Assembly (NCBI GenBank): GCA_002633005.1
Contig: NMRA01000392.1
Location: 1-64,000 of the forward strand
Direction of reading: 5' to 3'
DNA: 64,000 bases
DNA from: Phoronis australis
Taxonomy: Eukaryota; Animalia; Phoronida
The notes under the pieces: model-generated
Told to the model about the DNA's origin: nothing
The model's input: only the letters and a program-made list of their open reading frames with translations
Database searches by the model: none
Shown here: piece after piece, positions 22,740-35,653 of the stretch
How positions within the stretch are numbered: position 1 is the stretch's first letter
Layout of the letters: each line of letters starts with the position of its first letter
Made by a program: the position numbers and the translations under genes

Positions 22740-25120
22740 AGTCATTAACTGAGACCACGTAATACCCGAGGCCAAGAATTAACTTGTAGACTGTGAATGT
22801 CTGCGTGGACACGATGCTCATGTATTCCGAATACACTAAGGATGTTGCACAGTATTTGAATCGTTTGTTCAACTGTTCGTTCCCAACACGTTTTTAAGAA
22901 CTTGTCTTACGAAACCGTAAAGCACCCAGAGTGGAAATTAACAACATTGAAGTTCCTCAACCAGATCAACCGTACTTGCGAGGATATCTATTCCTTATGT
23001 AGACAAACTTTCTGAACAATTACGATCTGTGTTCAGGACATTTAAAGGAGTATGCCACCCAAAAAACAACCCATTTTGTATCAATTTAGATGGAGTCAAG
23101 TTCTATTCGATAACGGCACGTTCGGTTGCGTTACCTGACACCTGACGGCAGACGGAGGTATTGAAATTATCCAATGACGTAATTGGTTTCACAGGCAGTC
23201 TTCTCAGCAGTTCACAACACGGGTTACTGGTGTCAGGTTATCGCTTGAATTCATCGTTTAACACCAATAAATAATCGAACTTTGATGTAAAACCCTTAAA
23301 AATACACCGAGTTCTTATAAAAACGTGTTGTTTAATTTCGCTGTTACGGATTTATTTTTATTTGGACACACCGTAGCCTACAAAGTTCGGCAGGCCAACT
23401 TACCAAGATCCATAGCAGGAGTTTAAGGTCTGTTCGAAGATAAATTCGAAGTATTCTTCCGTGAAATAGAGACAGGAGAACCCAGAACTGTGCTGTTTAA
23501 ACTTATGATTTTTGGAGTTCTAAACACACAAAACGCTTGTTATCCCGGCCGACCAGGGCTCAGAACTCGATCAGTCCCGTCGCGGCCGGACTGACTCGTT
23601 ATCCCGGCCAGTGGCTCGGAACCCGATCAGGCCCGTCGCGGCCGCCGGGACTGGCACGAACATAAACCAGCTTGAGTTGGAAACTAAACCGACAGAAAAA
23701 CTATAATAGTGAGCCAAAGAAATAATGGGAATTAGCCACGAAACTGAAAATCTAGGCCTACTTACTAATTGTCGGTTGCCGCAACGTCGGGTTCCCCTTC
23801 CAGACCGTCGAGGCAAAGGTTGTACAGTAATAATGATTTGAATAATGTATTTAGTGTATTTCTGAATAAAGATTCCCCTAACATGTGACCATAGATATGA
23901 AATCGGGTAGTTGTTTCACAACAGCTTTCTGTCAGCAAACACTGAATTAGCATGCGCTCACACGGCCTCGGTGTCCGGTCATTGCCGGCATCAAAACCCG
24001 GTAATTACCGCAGTGGTTTATTCAATACTAGCTTCTCAACATTTGCACTCACAAATACTGCAAAGGCATTACAAATTGTATCTAATGAGACAGACTTTGT
24101 TTCAGGTTTATATAAGCATTAGTTAGGATGAGAATAATTCATTTTGAAACAGAACGCAGAATAATAAACGTCTACATGGCATCTCGCCCGGCGCCAATCA
24201 CGACTTCGTTAGTCAAGAGCTCATCCGACGAAGACTTCACGGATAGTATCGGTAGGTTTCACAGCTATCAATTCGAGCCGAAATACACTATCAAGAAATA
24301 CTAGAGAGGCGCCGTGAACATGCACAGGCAACGGGACGTATGAATAGTTCTTTGGTAAGCCGGAATTCGTCAGAGAAATCACTGTCGACGAAATGCCGGC
24401 CACAGACACGGAGATGTTTCACGGCCTCATACTTCCTATATTATTAGCGTACTTTTCATTCTTCACTACCACGAGCCACTTCCTAAGCATTTCAGGCTCT
24501 CGAAGAAATCGGAAAAACGATATACCCGCTTCCTTTGCAGCTTAATAGTTCGGACAAGCGGGAACCAGTGCACCGCGATATAGCGGCATTCACTCTGCAG
24601 ACGAACCACTGACGTCGCTGCGTCGTTTCTCACCTTCCTCACAGGTTAACGCGACACCTCTCGGCAAGGTGAGGTCGACCGTATAAGAGGCGATGTATAT
24701 ATAGACCGATTAAGACGGTAAAAAAGACAAATTAAATCGGGTGGCATTCTCCTTTAATATAACCACGTCACCCAAGATAGGTAACTATAAAATATTTGAC
24801 CACGTCTTGCAAACCGTTTGGCACTTTGAGACAAAAACTCGTGGACCCTAAGAACAAACTACCTGAGGGAAAGATAGTTAGTGTGGTCTATGGATTACAG
24901 TGTGGAGAGTGCCCTGAAACTGGTAGGTGAAACTAAGCAGTCCTTGAAACCACGGTTGTCCCAACATCGTCGGCCTAACTACGGTGACACATATGACTGC
25001 CGTGTATACCCACTGTCAGGGATCTGGTCACAGCTTTGGCCTTTACAATGTACTAATCCTTGACAAGGAGTTAAGTTGAACGGGGAGTCAACGAGCGTAC
25101 ATGTATATATAATCATACAA
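22740..25120 (+). mobile_element. Degenerate Penelope-like retroelement fragment (RT C-terminus + GIY-YIG endonuclease), split by a Kolobok insertion
   Basis: ISIPYVDKLSEQLRSVF before 23045; KPFGTLRQKLVDPKNK..VVYGLQCGEC..VGETKQSLKPRLSQHRR after 24754; outer limits approximate. Confidence 0.75.
23046..24753 (-). mobile_element. Kolobok-type family B non-autonomous element with THAP remnant
   Basis: TTAA TSD; TIR aggagtatgccaccc / gggtggcattctcct; decayed THAP on the minus strand from ATG at 24589 (SFFRF..EPEMLRKWL..RVCGRHF). Confidence 0.82.
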
Positions 25121-27684
25121 GCACCCAAGGGGAGGGGGTGCTCGGGCGAACTGGACAAAAAAGGTCCACCTAAGAGAAACAAAAACTCCGAAAAGTAGAA
25201 AACTAGACAAAAGTCCGCTAAAAAGACAGGAACTATTAAAATTCGACGAATGCAAAATTCCTTGATGAAGGTAACCCCTGAATTTTAGTAAAAGGTCCAC
25301 ACTCTCAAAAATTTGAGCGCCCCATTTTTAAGCTGGGTGCGCTCATGTATAAGAAATATTTGAAAATCCATTTTTGAACTTGGGACAGAATTCTGACTAA
25401 AGTTTCCCGCCGATTTTCTCAACTCCGACGAATCAACCAGAGGTCGCACAAGCTTGAAAAAGCCAGCAGACGCTGGCGAAACATTGCCCGTTCATCTCAC
25501 GTAAGTTCAGTAACGACTCATAATTTTCTTCGTATTATACTCGTACTGAATGAGTCATAATATACATCGATCTTGTAAGTTCTGGTTATTTATTTTGAAA
25601 GAGACGAAGTCAAAGTGAAATAGCATAATTTGGGACTTTGTTTTGATATTTAAACTGGTTGGCGTTAAAATTCATTTTGTACAAATTCTTAAAAAGAATA
25701 AAGCCGACGGAGTATCTTTAGCTGTCTATGAGTAGTAAGATTAATGACAATTACTTTGGTTTTTGGCCTGAATTATCTCAAAGATCAAAACATCCCATAA
25801 CTAGAGTTACTCCTAAATGTTGACCAATATTCAAAATTCATGTTTCCACATGGCTCAACAAACTGTTGCTACAAAAGAAAATGATTTATAGATAACTATT
25901 TTCCCAACTCTTCAGAATTAGCCGGGAGTGTGTTGCAACACGTTCTGTGGTTCAAATGTTAGTTGTGACAGCTTCCACTGTTTGAAGCCAAAGAACATCA
26001 GTGGCAAATCTAGGATATCGCAGGGGGTTCCACATTTTGTCGGTAGACAGCAGCGCAAATCGTGACTGTAGAGGTGCGTAGCGCAGGACGGGAAGGGCGA
26101 AGGTGGGGAAGGTTTTTTTCCTCTTCATTCCACAGTGCACCCATACACTATCGATAATTTATGGTGGAGCAAACCATGGAAACGGAGTGGTAGTGCGCAG
26201 CGCCACAACCGGTCGCCAGGTATAGCACGATCATACAGACCGGTAGCGAAATTAATTTCCTTAGTTACCCTTATAATTGCTCCTGGACGCTTGAAATGGG
26301 GTCTGAGCCTCACCCCCACCCCCTCTCACGCACACACAAACTAAAACTCCCACAAATTGTCAAATCTTGTTTCGGCTGCATAATAATAATTACCAGTTTT
26401 AATTAATAAACTCAATATTTCCTCACGCTTTTGCTGCTTTATTATTATATTTATGCAAGAAGCTGACCCCTGCCTCCCCCCTCTTAAATCCGCCTATGAA
26501 CATATGTTGAATCAGTATCAGGTTACCTTCAGCCACTTAAGTGTCGTCAAATGAAATCTCAATATAAGTCGGCAGGGGAGCAGGACCGCAAGAATCGCGA
26601 GAGGTCGGAGGTGCCGTGAGTTAGTGTCCAGAGTTTGACCAAGTTGAATTTTATGCGTACCCCGCAGCCCGCAGTAATTTGCACTCTTGAAGACTCTGTG
26701 ATGTGCACTGATGTGATATGTGTTTGCTTTTCTACTTTTTACTTCTACGTGCATCACAATTTCTGCATTTCATACTTTTGTTAAACAATTCCCTCATTTT
26801 CCCTGCTTTTTTGAAACTGCTTGAAAGACTGTAAAGTCACCACTAAGCATAAATATCAGGTATATGCTGTGGTAAATGTAATTCAGAGTAGTTTCATATT
26901 CTGCCACCAGATGACAGTACAAGGAAAAGTTTACATTGGAGCAGTACATGTACTTTGTACACCTATTGATGAGATGGAAATTTTCAAACTAAAATTACCA
27001 GGTCAAAATACTGACGACATATATTTTCAAAGCTTCTACAATCAGTTCCCACTGACTAGAATGTATGTTTAACGGACTGAAATCTCAGATTGCAGAACAT
27101 AATGGTTTTGATATTTATTATTGAGAAGCGTTCATCAAGAGATCGATTATGTGACAACAAAGAAAAGAAAATCACTAGCAGTAATTGTAACCTAATAACA
27201 TCATCCGGCTATTAGTTGGGCAACTCGTTTCATTATCATCCAAATTCGTCGTCAATGATATTGACTCAGCTGAGCCGACACATTTGAATTGTTAGGCCAT
27301 CTACTACCATAGGTTAATTAAGAAATTGAGAACAACTGAAAAACTGAATGTGTTTGTGTTTTAATAAGTATCCTAGCAATAGTAAAACCAGGAGGTCCTT
27401 TTTATCAAAGGTCGCACGCCTTGTCTTAAAGGCGAAGGCAACCTTTTTCCATGTCATTTTGAGCTAAAATAAGGTTGGTTGGTTATCCTAGACATATTTT
27501 CCACTTAATTACAGCTTTTCGTAATTTTATTAATTACTCGTCCGCTACTCCGGAAGTGACGTTTTAGGAGGCAAGCATTTCGCGCCAATTTCTTTTCATA
27601 TAGTCTGACTGTGAGAGATGCCGAGTCAGTCATTGTTCTACCTCGGTTGTGTTGAGTTCCGTCGTCATTTGCTAGTCAGTCAAC

Positions 27685-28692
27685 ATGCCACACTGTTGCT
27701 GCATACCAGGATGTACTAATTATCGGTTCACGCGCGCTTTGGGAGTACCTTTGCATCGCTTTCCGATGGATGACACACTTCGCCGTACTTGGCTCGTTCG
27801 TGTGAAGAACCCAGCGTTACCCGTCCACGCAACGTACAAAGCAGTGGAGAATTACCGTGTGTATGGCAAGCACTTTCTGCCGTCCGATTACGAAAGGGAT
27901 TTGTACGCTGAACTGATGAAGGTCCCTGCGAAACAACGTCTGAAGAAGGATGCCATTCCGTCTGTGTTGATTCCCGGCAGTGCCCCGTCGCCACCCCCGA
28001 GAAGTGCGTTTTTGAAGCGAGAAGCCTCGCGAGCTGTGGCCAGTACAGTGACTGGAGCCAGTGGAGGCACTTCATCTACTGTCACCCGTGCCTCCGAACG
28101 TACCCCAGAGCGTGCAATTCCTGGAACCAGTAGTGATTCGCCCTGTGCTGTTTTCTCCAGCCCAGAGCCTCTAAGCAGCCCTGCAGCGATATTGAGTAGT
28201 GGGAGTGATTACAGGCTCAGTTCGACACCCAGTGAAGAGGACAGTTCGTCGTCCAGTGAACAGATCGGTGAGCCAAACTTTGATAAGTTTATTGTGGACT
28301 TGTCTAAAGTGTTGGAGCTATTTAGAAGGTGCCAGGTGTGTGGCGAGGGAGTCACACGACACGATGTAAGCAGTTTGGGTGCTCAGGTCACCATCCAGTG
28401 GGAGTGTGTCGCGGGACACTCTGGCAAGTGGGACAGTTGTTCCTCTGTCCGTGGTATGCCGGAGGTCCACTTAACCGTGTCCAGTAGTGGCTTGGCCTCG
28501 TCGAACTCTGAACAGCACAAGCATTCCATTGAGGTAGGCATAACAACGCACACAGTGCATTTGCACCAAGATGTGTCACCACGTCTGTCCTCAGTAGCCG
28601 CCTCGTTTCTCTCAACAGCTGCCTGTGCCTGTGCGTACTCTGCCTCGTTATACTCGGGCTCAAACATGTACCCACTCACTGAATGTCTGTGA
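27685..28692 (+). CDS. THAP-domain protein (N-terminal part of a Kolobok-type transposase; DDE core deleted)
   Basis: MPHCCCIPGC..LHRFP..RRTWL..RVYGKHF..LKKDAIPSV THAP signature (Y at the third Cys position); later CQVC..CVAGH..W motif; the C-terminal ~70 aa are antisense read-through. Confidence 0.75.
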   Translation: MPHCCCIPGCTNYRFTRALGVPLHRFPMDDTLRRTWLVRVKNPALPVHATYKAVENYRVYGKHFLPSDYERDLYAELMKVPAKQRLKKDAIPSVLIPGSAPSPPPRSAFLKREASRAVASTVTGASGGTSSTVTRASERTPERAIPGTSSDSPCAVFSSPEPLSSPAAILSSGSDYRLSSTPSEEDSSSSSEQIGEPNFDKFIVDLSKVLELFRRCQVCGEGVTRHDVSSLGAQVTIQWECVAGHSGKWDSCSSVRGMPEVHLTVSSSGLASSNSEQHKHSIEVGITTHTVHLHQDVSPRLSSVAASFLSTAACACAYSASLYSGSNMYPLTECL

Positions 28693-28778
28693 AAAAATTC
28701 CTCGTCACCACTGCTGTGAACAAGGTCTCCGTCACTCACACTACTGTCACTGTGATACGGGTCACCGACTCCAGCCAT
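28383..28778 (-). CDS. Truncated P2X7-ballast/nanor-like (KolX-type) Cys-rich protein
   Basis: YMFEPE...WCKCTVCVVMPTSMECLCCSE motif; ATG at 28778; truncated at the deletion junction near 28480. Confidence 0.72.
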   Translation of the reverse strand: MAGVGDPYHSDSSVSDGDLVHSSGDEEFFHRHSVSGYMFEPEYNEAEYAQAQAAVERNEAATEDRRGDTSWCKCTVCVVMPTSMECLCCSEFDEAKPLLDTVKWTSGIPRTEEQLSHLPECPATHSHWMVT

Positions 28779-29269
28779 TTTCAGCTTACAACACACTAAA
28801 CAATCCCTAAATCCAACGTAGTTGAATTCTCTACTAACCTATCTTGCCGCAGAATACTCGCCGATGGAAAGTGGTGGCGACAATTGTTGAAAACGGCACA
28901 AACCAAAAGTAGAATAGAACAGATTGGCACGGTAAAGTCAACGCAAAACCAAGTGGCGGGAAACGCTTGCCTCCTAAAACGTCACTTCCGGAGTAGCGGA
29001 CGAGTAATTTATAAAATTACGAAAAGCTGTAATTAGGTGGAAAATATGTCTAGGATAACCAACCAACCTTATTTTAGCTCAAATGACATGGAAAAAGGTT
29101 GCCTTCGCCTTTAACAATCGCAACTTTTATCTTGCACACAGTTCATGAAGTCCCATGCAGCGCCATCTTTGAGACACATTCTTTTGGTTCATATTTTATC
29201 TAGAGTTGGAACCCTTCGATTTGGTTTTTTAATACGGCGATTTAGCGTCCCTAATCTTGAACCTTTGGT

Positions 29270-29840
29270 TAAGAGTGCAGATTATCTGATGTTTTGCGGT
29301 GCATCAGACGTGCACGGGCCAGGCGTACAATTCAGATCAAAACCAGATGAGCCTATTGCATGAAACACCTGAGTAAAACTCACGAGAGCCTCGATATCGG
29401 TCAACAGACAGGTTTTTCCATTTGTTGCCAAGAACTATGCATCAATGTTGCCATCCAGGGGCTTGCCCTTTAGCCTATGAAAAACTGGGCAACACTCTAA
29501 CAGATGTTCAGGTTTTTCAACATCAGTACCACATCCAAGACACATTGTTCTGCTCACAATCGTGATGTGCATGTGCCTGTCGGGCAACGTTTTTGTGATT
29601 TGTTGGAATTTGGAAAATGTGTCTAATGGTCAATCTATCAAGACTCGAATGGGTTTTTGAACTTTTTGATATATTGGTCATATTGGGAAAGTTCTCCTTG
29701 GTTCGCCTGCAAGAGTTACAGTGAAATGTCCATTGAGCTGCTGACGAGGAGCCTACCCAGTTGCGTACACACTCCTCTTGCAGCATCTGTTAATATCGAA
29801 ACAGCAAATGGAGGTACATGGTGAACCTGCTGCTCCACTA
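29270..29840 (-). mobile_element. Decayed 3' fragment of the same LOA/R1-group LINE family
   Basis: Aligns by eye with 1530-2100 (NSCRRTKENFPN, SLDRLTIRHIFQI; shared 3' end gcggtgcatcagacgtgc). Confidence 0.8.
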
Positions 29841-32443
29841 CTCCAGTTAATTGATAGCTTCAACGGGAGTATAAACAGTAACTAACTTGATTCTTCCAGT
29901 TTGAAGTTTGCCTGATCTAATTAGTTAACATGTATCGCTGTTTGACACTTTAATAAAGGTGGACATTAAATGTGAATAAGCTCAAGATGCAGGAAGCATC
30001 ATTTTATGACGATGCATATGCAAAACCGGCAGCACTAGCCCAAACTGGCTGCTTCGCGACAGTAAAAATATACCTAAGCTAAACAAAAGAGCGCAGATCT
30101 AAAAGTTATACTGGTAAACAAAATAAAATATGTAGGGGTAGAAATATATATCCTTAGCATGCAAAGAAACATAATTACAATACTATGGATTATTTTCATT
30201 CATTTTGTAGAACAAACATAAGTTTAAAACTCTACACTTACATTATGCCCCAGTTCAGGTCCTCAGCAGTCGCTGACAAATCTTATGGCGCATAGCTGAT
30301 TTTGTTCTAGTTTATTTTAGAGTTTTCTTTAGTGCAGGAGCGCCAAGCTAATGGGCAATGATTGAAGTTACTGAGTATAAATGCATGAAATATGGTGATT
30401 TTGCTATTTGTGGTAAGGCATTTCGTCGGCTTTCTGATCTCATCTCATTAGGACTGTCAATTAAGATCAGTCCTGCACATTTGTTTGGCTAACTGCATGA
30501 TCTATTTTGCAATTCAGCTCAGCTTGTCTCATTAACATTTCCTGTTTTCATAAACTGAGGCAAATGTCCTGAGGTATTCCACAAAGATGCACGGCCATAA
30601 CTTTGATAATGGCGAGTCAGTTTCGATCGGTAAAACATAATTAATCATGATTTAAACTAGTTTGTTTTCTGTCATTAAGGTTTTGAATGAAAATATCACC
30701 GTCAAAAGCTTATCACTGCCTGATATCAATGTTGCGTAATGACTTAAGAATTTTGAAGCAGCACAATTATTTCCTCATTATTTCCATCACTACGAGTGAC
30801 CCGCACTTTTGCACCCCTATAAAAGGCGGTCTAATTCGACAGACCCAGTATATAATTTGCCATCTTCCAAAACAGTGCGACAGTCGTAAACTGCTCCCAA
30901 AGTGCCAAACTATATAATTCACAATCAAACAATATCAGACCTATTGTTGATCAGAGAAAAAACGCAGCATTCGCAACAAGCTAGGTGCCAACGAAGGTCT
31001 CAACTACGATGTAGTGCACAGCCTGTGAAAAACGAGCCGCAGGTGACGCCGAATGCCTATGAAGTGACGTGATGCCTATGGGATGTTGCACTCCTCATAT
31101 GTAACTTTCCAACAACACTCATGATGGAGTCTTCGGCCAAGTTGGGACACAGAAGCTATTGCGCGTAAAAAACTGATATATCAGCGAGGTACAGCCATTG
31201 GTGTTAATAGACTAATTTTGCTGTTATAAAGCAGGCCCAAATAGGAAAGTAAACAATGTGGGGATGGAGCAGAAATTACTTTGACTTCGCCGAAACGTTT
31301 GCACTGCGTTCACTGCCCCCATGGAACAAAATTTCCCCTTACTACCGGCGACCACTTCGGCCCCCTTAGTCGTTGCCAATTTCGCACCTTCCCGTCATAG
31401 TGAGCAAACACCGGGAAGGTCATGTTTCAAAAACATATCATCACAGAGTGTCACGTTTAGACATGAAAACGTTACACGCGTTGCGCGTTCAGGATATGAT
31501 TTTTACCATGCATCACCACCTAGGAATTTAGTTGACTGAACAACGTCTTGGAAACTTCGGTTATAATTTCCCCTATATTTCGGAGACTGAAAATGCGGCA
31601 TAAGGAAAAAATTCCAGTTTGGAGATACGCTTTGGAAGTACACTTTGAAAGAGTAAGATTCCGTACGCTGCCTTATGGGTTATTTCGACATTTTTGGATA
31701 GTCAGCCAGATAAAATTTGCAAGGTTTTCTACATAAACTTTTGATGGCATCACATATCACAATCACATCCCGTATATCTGGTTCCAGTCAAAGAAGCCAC
31801 TTGTGATTGGTGTGATTGTTTATTTAAATTAGTCATTATGTAAATTGATAAGCTCAGTTACACAGAGATTTTGTTACGAATGACTATGTCGTTGATATGG
31901 TTTAACTTTGAAGTATAGGACGGTGTCTAATTATTCCAACTGCTCTAATATGACAAAGCGCAAAGGCAGTCTGTGACTGACTCTGAGAGTCACATTCGTT
32001 CAAGTGATTCAACACGATTCGCTTTGGGATTTGTCTGTGTTTTCTGATTTCACTGCATTCACAAGTTGTTAGTTAATCTCATGACTCTCGTGTACCGTGA
32101 ATAATCACCTGTTACCATGCTAAGAATTTGCTGTGTTGCTGAGATGGGTTGGGTATCGTTGCCATGGTAATCAGGTATTTTCATGATCAAGATTACCAAT
32201 TTTAGGTTTGATGGCAGTCATGTTATCACGTTAGAAGGCAGGCAACCATGCCCAAATCATTTTAGTGACCCTCCTTAAATCCTAAGGGACTTGCCAAGCT
32301 TGAACGTGCGCTGTTGCCATAGTAACCAGATATTTTGGAATAACAACAGTGCAGTAAGCTGCACACGCCTTATACCAATGAAAGTTTAAAGACTATAAAC
32401 AGCCTAAAGCAACCCCTTCTCGTTCTATCAAAGATGTACCATA

Positions 32444-32685
32444 TTAAAAAAATAACTGCAGGTGGTCTGATACTCGTTGTACCAGACGTGTGCAGGCCGC
32501 GCATGTGGGTCCATTGCAGTGATCACCTGGAACCATTTCTATGGTTTATTAACATATAACTAAAACCGAGCTGAGGTGCTAGAAATCTGTCTGAAGGGTT
32601 GGGCAGTGTGACCCAGTGGGTCTCGAACCCACGACCTCGAGTAAAGAAAGCGGGCACCTATCACACTAAGCCACACTGCCTCATC
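32444..32685 (-). mobile_element. tRNA-derived SINE, copy 2
   Basis: Full-length homolog of 1068-1304; perfect 13-bp TSD aagatgtaccata. Confidence 0.92.
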
Positions 32686-33229
32686 AAGATGTACCATAAC
32701 TAGTGGAACACTTTTAAAACCTAAAAATGGTTGTCAAGGCAACTTACGTATAGAATCATGAAAATAACATGTTCAACACTATAAAAGCTGCGTCCACCTA
32801 ATGCAATGGATTTCCATAAATTAATAACTAAAGCCATAGTTTTATGACAGGCATGTCAAAACCAGCAGCACTTGTTTGAAAATCAAAGCAAATAAGCCTG
32901 TCACTTACTTGTTCTGTTGCATAAAAACTACTACTTAAAATGCACTATACACAACGAAATTAAATGAATAAATCAAATACTATTTTAGTTTTAGGCATGC
33001 CATAAATACCAATAGCTGTAGCATATTTTTTCAACTCCAATACAGGATTAGTGTGACAGCGTATCGGAAGCGTTCAAGGAAAGACCGGTGGTGCTGTTAT
33101 AGTAGAGGGTTCACAATAGTTTTCTGGATTGAAAACACAAATCTTTTGTATTAGTTTTTGGCGCAAAAAATGCATTCTTTCTAAGATATGTTGTATTACT
33201 AAATAATTTCATAAGGTTGATAGAGAACA

Positions 33230-33492
33230 CATAGATTAATTCTTATTGACACAACAAAGCAAAAACGCTGTACCTTGACAGTTTCGGCTACTCACAGCAG
33301 CCATCTTCTATGTTCATAACTGGCTCAGTTATGAACAGAGACGATGGGGAGTATAAATTGTGTAAAATTTGGAACAGTGTCATCACCTCGCCACCTAGTG
33401 TCCAATAGCTTCCGAAGATGGCTGCTGTGAGTAGCCGAAACTGTCAAGGTACAGTGTTTTTGCTTGGTTGTGTCAAAAAGAATTAATCTATG
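33230..33492. mobile_element. Short MITE / inverted repeat with 78-bp arms
   Basis: Arms 33230-33307 and 33415-33492, termini CATAGA..TCTATG; no adjacent TSD. Confidence 0.7.
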
Positions 33493-35653
33493 AGATATGT
33501 TGTATTGTATCCCGCCTTTGCATGTCGCCACGGTTACACACACGGTCGTCTGCAAATTACGGGGATGCTTCCTACGGCCCTGTGAAGTAGGGCTACCTGA
33601 ACGAAGTTTGTTGAAACTCTTACAGTGTACGCTTCAGTTTTTATCGAAGCAGTAATGGTGACTTACAGTTGCAATTTGCCCTGTTTAGTTGAATAAAAAG
33701 CACGAAAATCGAACGCTCCCTTTACTTTCTTAAAATCGGTCTCATAATATCCCTTACCATGACAGGATTCTATCTTCGTTACCAACTCAAGTCAAAGGCG
33801 TTACGAATGTGCTCCATTTTCAAATAATTCGCAATTTTAGGCTTAGTCATGCACTCCCAACACTCTGAATCGTTTTTGAATCGCTGATGGTTTCGATGTT
33901 CTTATTGGTAAGCAAATAGAATCATATCGCAGCAAGGTGTTATTACTTTGAGTTTATAAGAACAAGATGACTAACTAGATTTTCGTTTTCAACCAGCTAA
34001 ACAGGGCGCAATGCAGCTTTAAAAACAGACTGTGCAAAAGCTTAATACTATTCTTTTCCATTATTTTAACGGAATCTTTCACTTCAGTTTGGCCTGTTCA
34101 CAAAATTGTTAAAAATCCTACAATTTTCGACAGATTATATACCAGGGTACATGTTTCCAACCAGTCGGAAGCGCAAATGTTGTACGCACGTCGTTATTAA
34201 CTGCTAACCAGGCGGTATAACATTATTTCTGCTTTCAGCCTACAATGTACGTACAATTGGTTCGTTTTTGCCGTCTTCAGTCATAAACAAATTCAAGGGG
34301 TTGTATGCCGTTAAAATTGCAAGACACGACTGTCCTTTATAGACATCTCAACCCCTGTGCTTTTTGCGTAGTTTCAACGCTTTCGCTGTTTTTGTTGTGA
34401 TACCAAGTACCGTCAAAATACAACTCTTTTCTTGCCAATTGAAAATATATGCCAAAATCTCGCCCAACGCGATTTGTTTTGTCAGTGGAAAAGTTGATTA
34501 CTGATATTGCTCGATAAAACAAGTGGAGACCGGGCGGGGATTACGAAAATGGTGACGGAGGTGCGACACTCGTTTTTCACTGCGACCAGTTGGCCTGTTC
34601 TACGTGTTGCTATGTAATTTTTAGAAAAATACTATGGTAAGTTCGAAAAAGGTTGACAAAAATGAGTCAAACTAGAGCTACAACTGAGCGTACTACGACC
34701 TTCATAGACCGCGCCCTAGTGCCGTTATCATTATTTTACAGGTATTTGTAGAAAACATTAGGTCACCTTTTTTGGAGCAGCGCGTTGGCAGAATAACGTG
34801 CTCTAGTTCAGGCTACAAACCCATCCCGCAAAAATGTATATTCTCAAGTCATTACCAACACGAATATACCCCGGCCTACACTAAACAGTTCTCGGCGGTT
34901 AGAAACCATGTTTAAGGTGTAAGCGGAAAGACAAATTAGTAACACTCGTTAGTACTCAAGGTTAAAAATATCCTAGGCAGGTCTTGTAAGTCTTTTCGTT
35001 TGTGCTCGTACGCCGCGGTAATATTTCTTGAACGTATTGGAAAAGAGTTACCTACGAAGTTATCATTTTGATTCCTTCTCTGAAAACACTTTGTCCGTCA
35101 CCTCTGCAGGCAATGTACTAGTACGTTCGGAAAGTTGCACTTGATATTGAAATATGATCAGATTTCGATCAAAATTTTGATCAAACAATCCCAAATCTTA
35201 CAGCAATCGTTTGGTATTTCTGATGATGGTGGCTGTTAGGTTTTATCTTTGGTGGTTAACTACATTCATAACGTTGCTTGAAGTCGAATGCTCAGTTGAT
35301 TAAACATTAATTTAAAGCATTCACTATATATATGTGGGGACCGGAACCAGGCACTTGTTTGGAATTAAAACAATTATTGCAGTTCATTTGAAATGTTTGA
35401 GGCTTTTAGATTTTCTTTGTCAGCAAATGTATTGCTCTTGAACGGGACTTTAATCACAAAACTTAAGCTGGTTCTCAGCCGCCGGTCCCTGCGAGTGTGA
35501 ATCTCAATACATATGTACAACAAAACAGGTGTAAGGTCAACCATTGGCAAACACAGGTCGAAGAGGCCATAACGAAAATATTTCGCACATGGAATACCCG
35601 CGAAACTGAGGCATATGGAAAAACAAGTAACCAATCATTCGGACATGACTCAC

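Larger units (their letters stand above)
27430..29110 (+). mobile_element. Kolobok-type family A internally deleted element
   Basis: TTAA TSD; about 150-bp near-perfect TIRs starting AGGCGAAGGCAACC; convergent THAP ORF and Cys-rich ORF. Confidence 0.88.
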
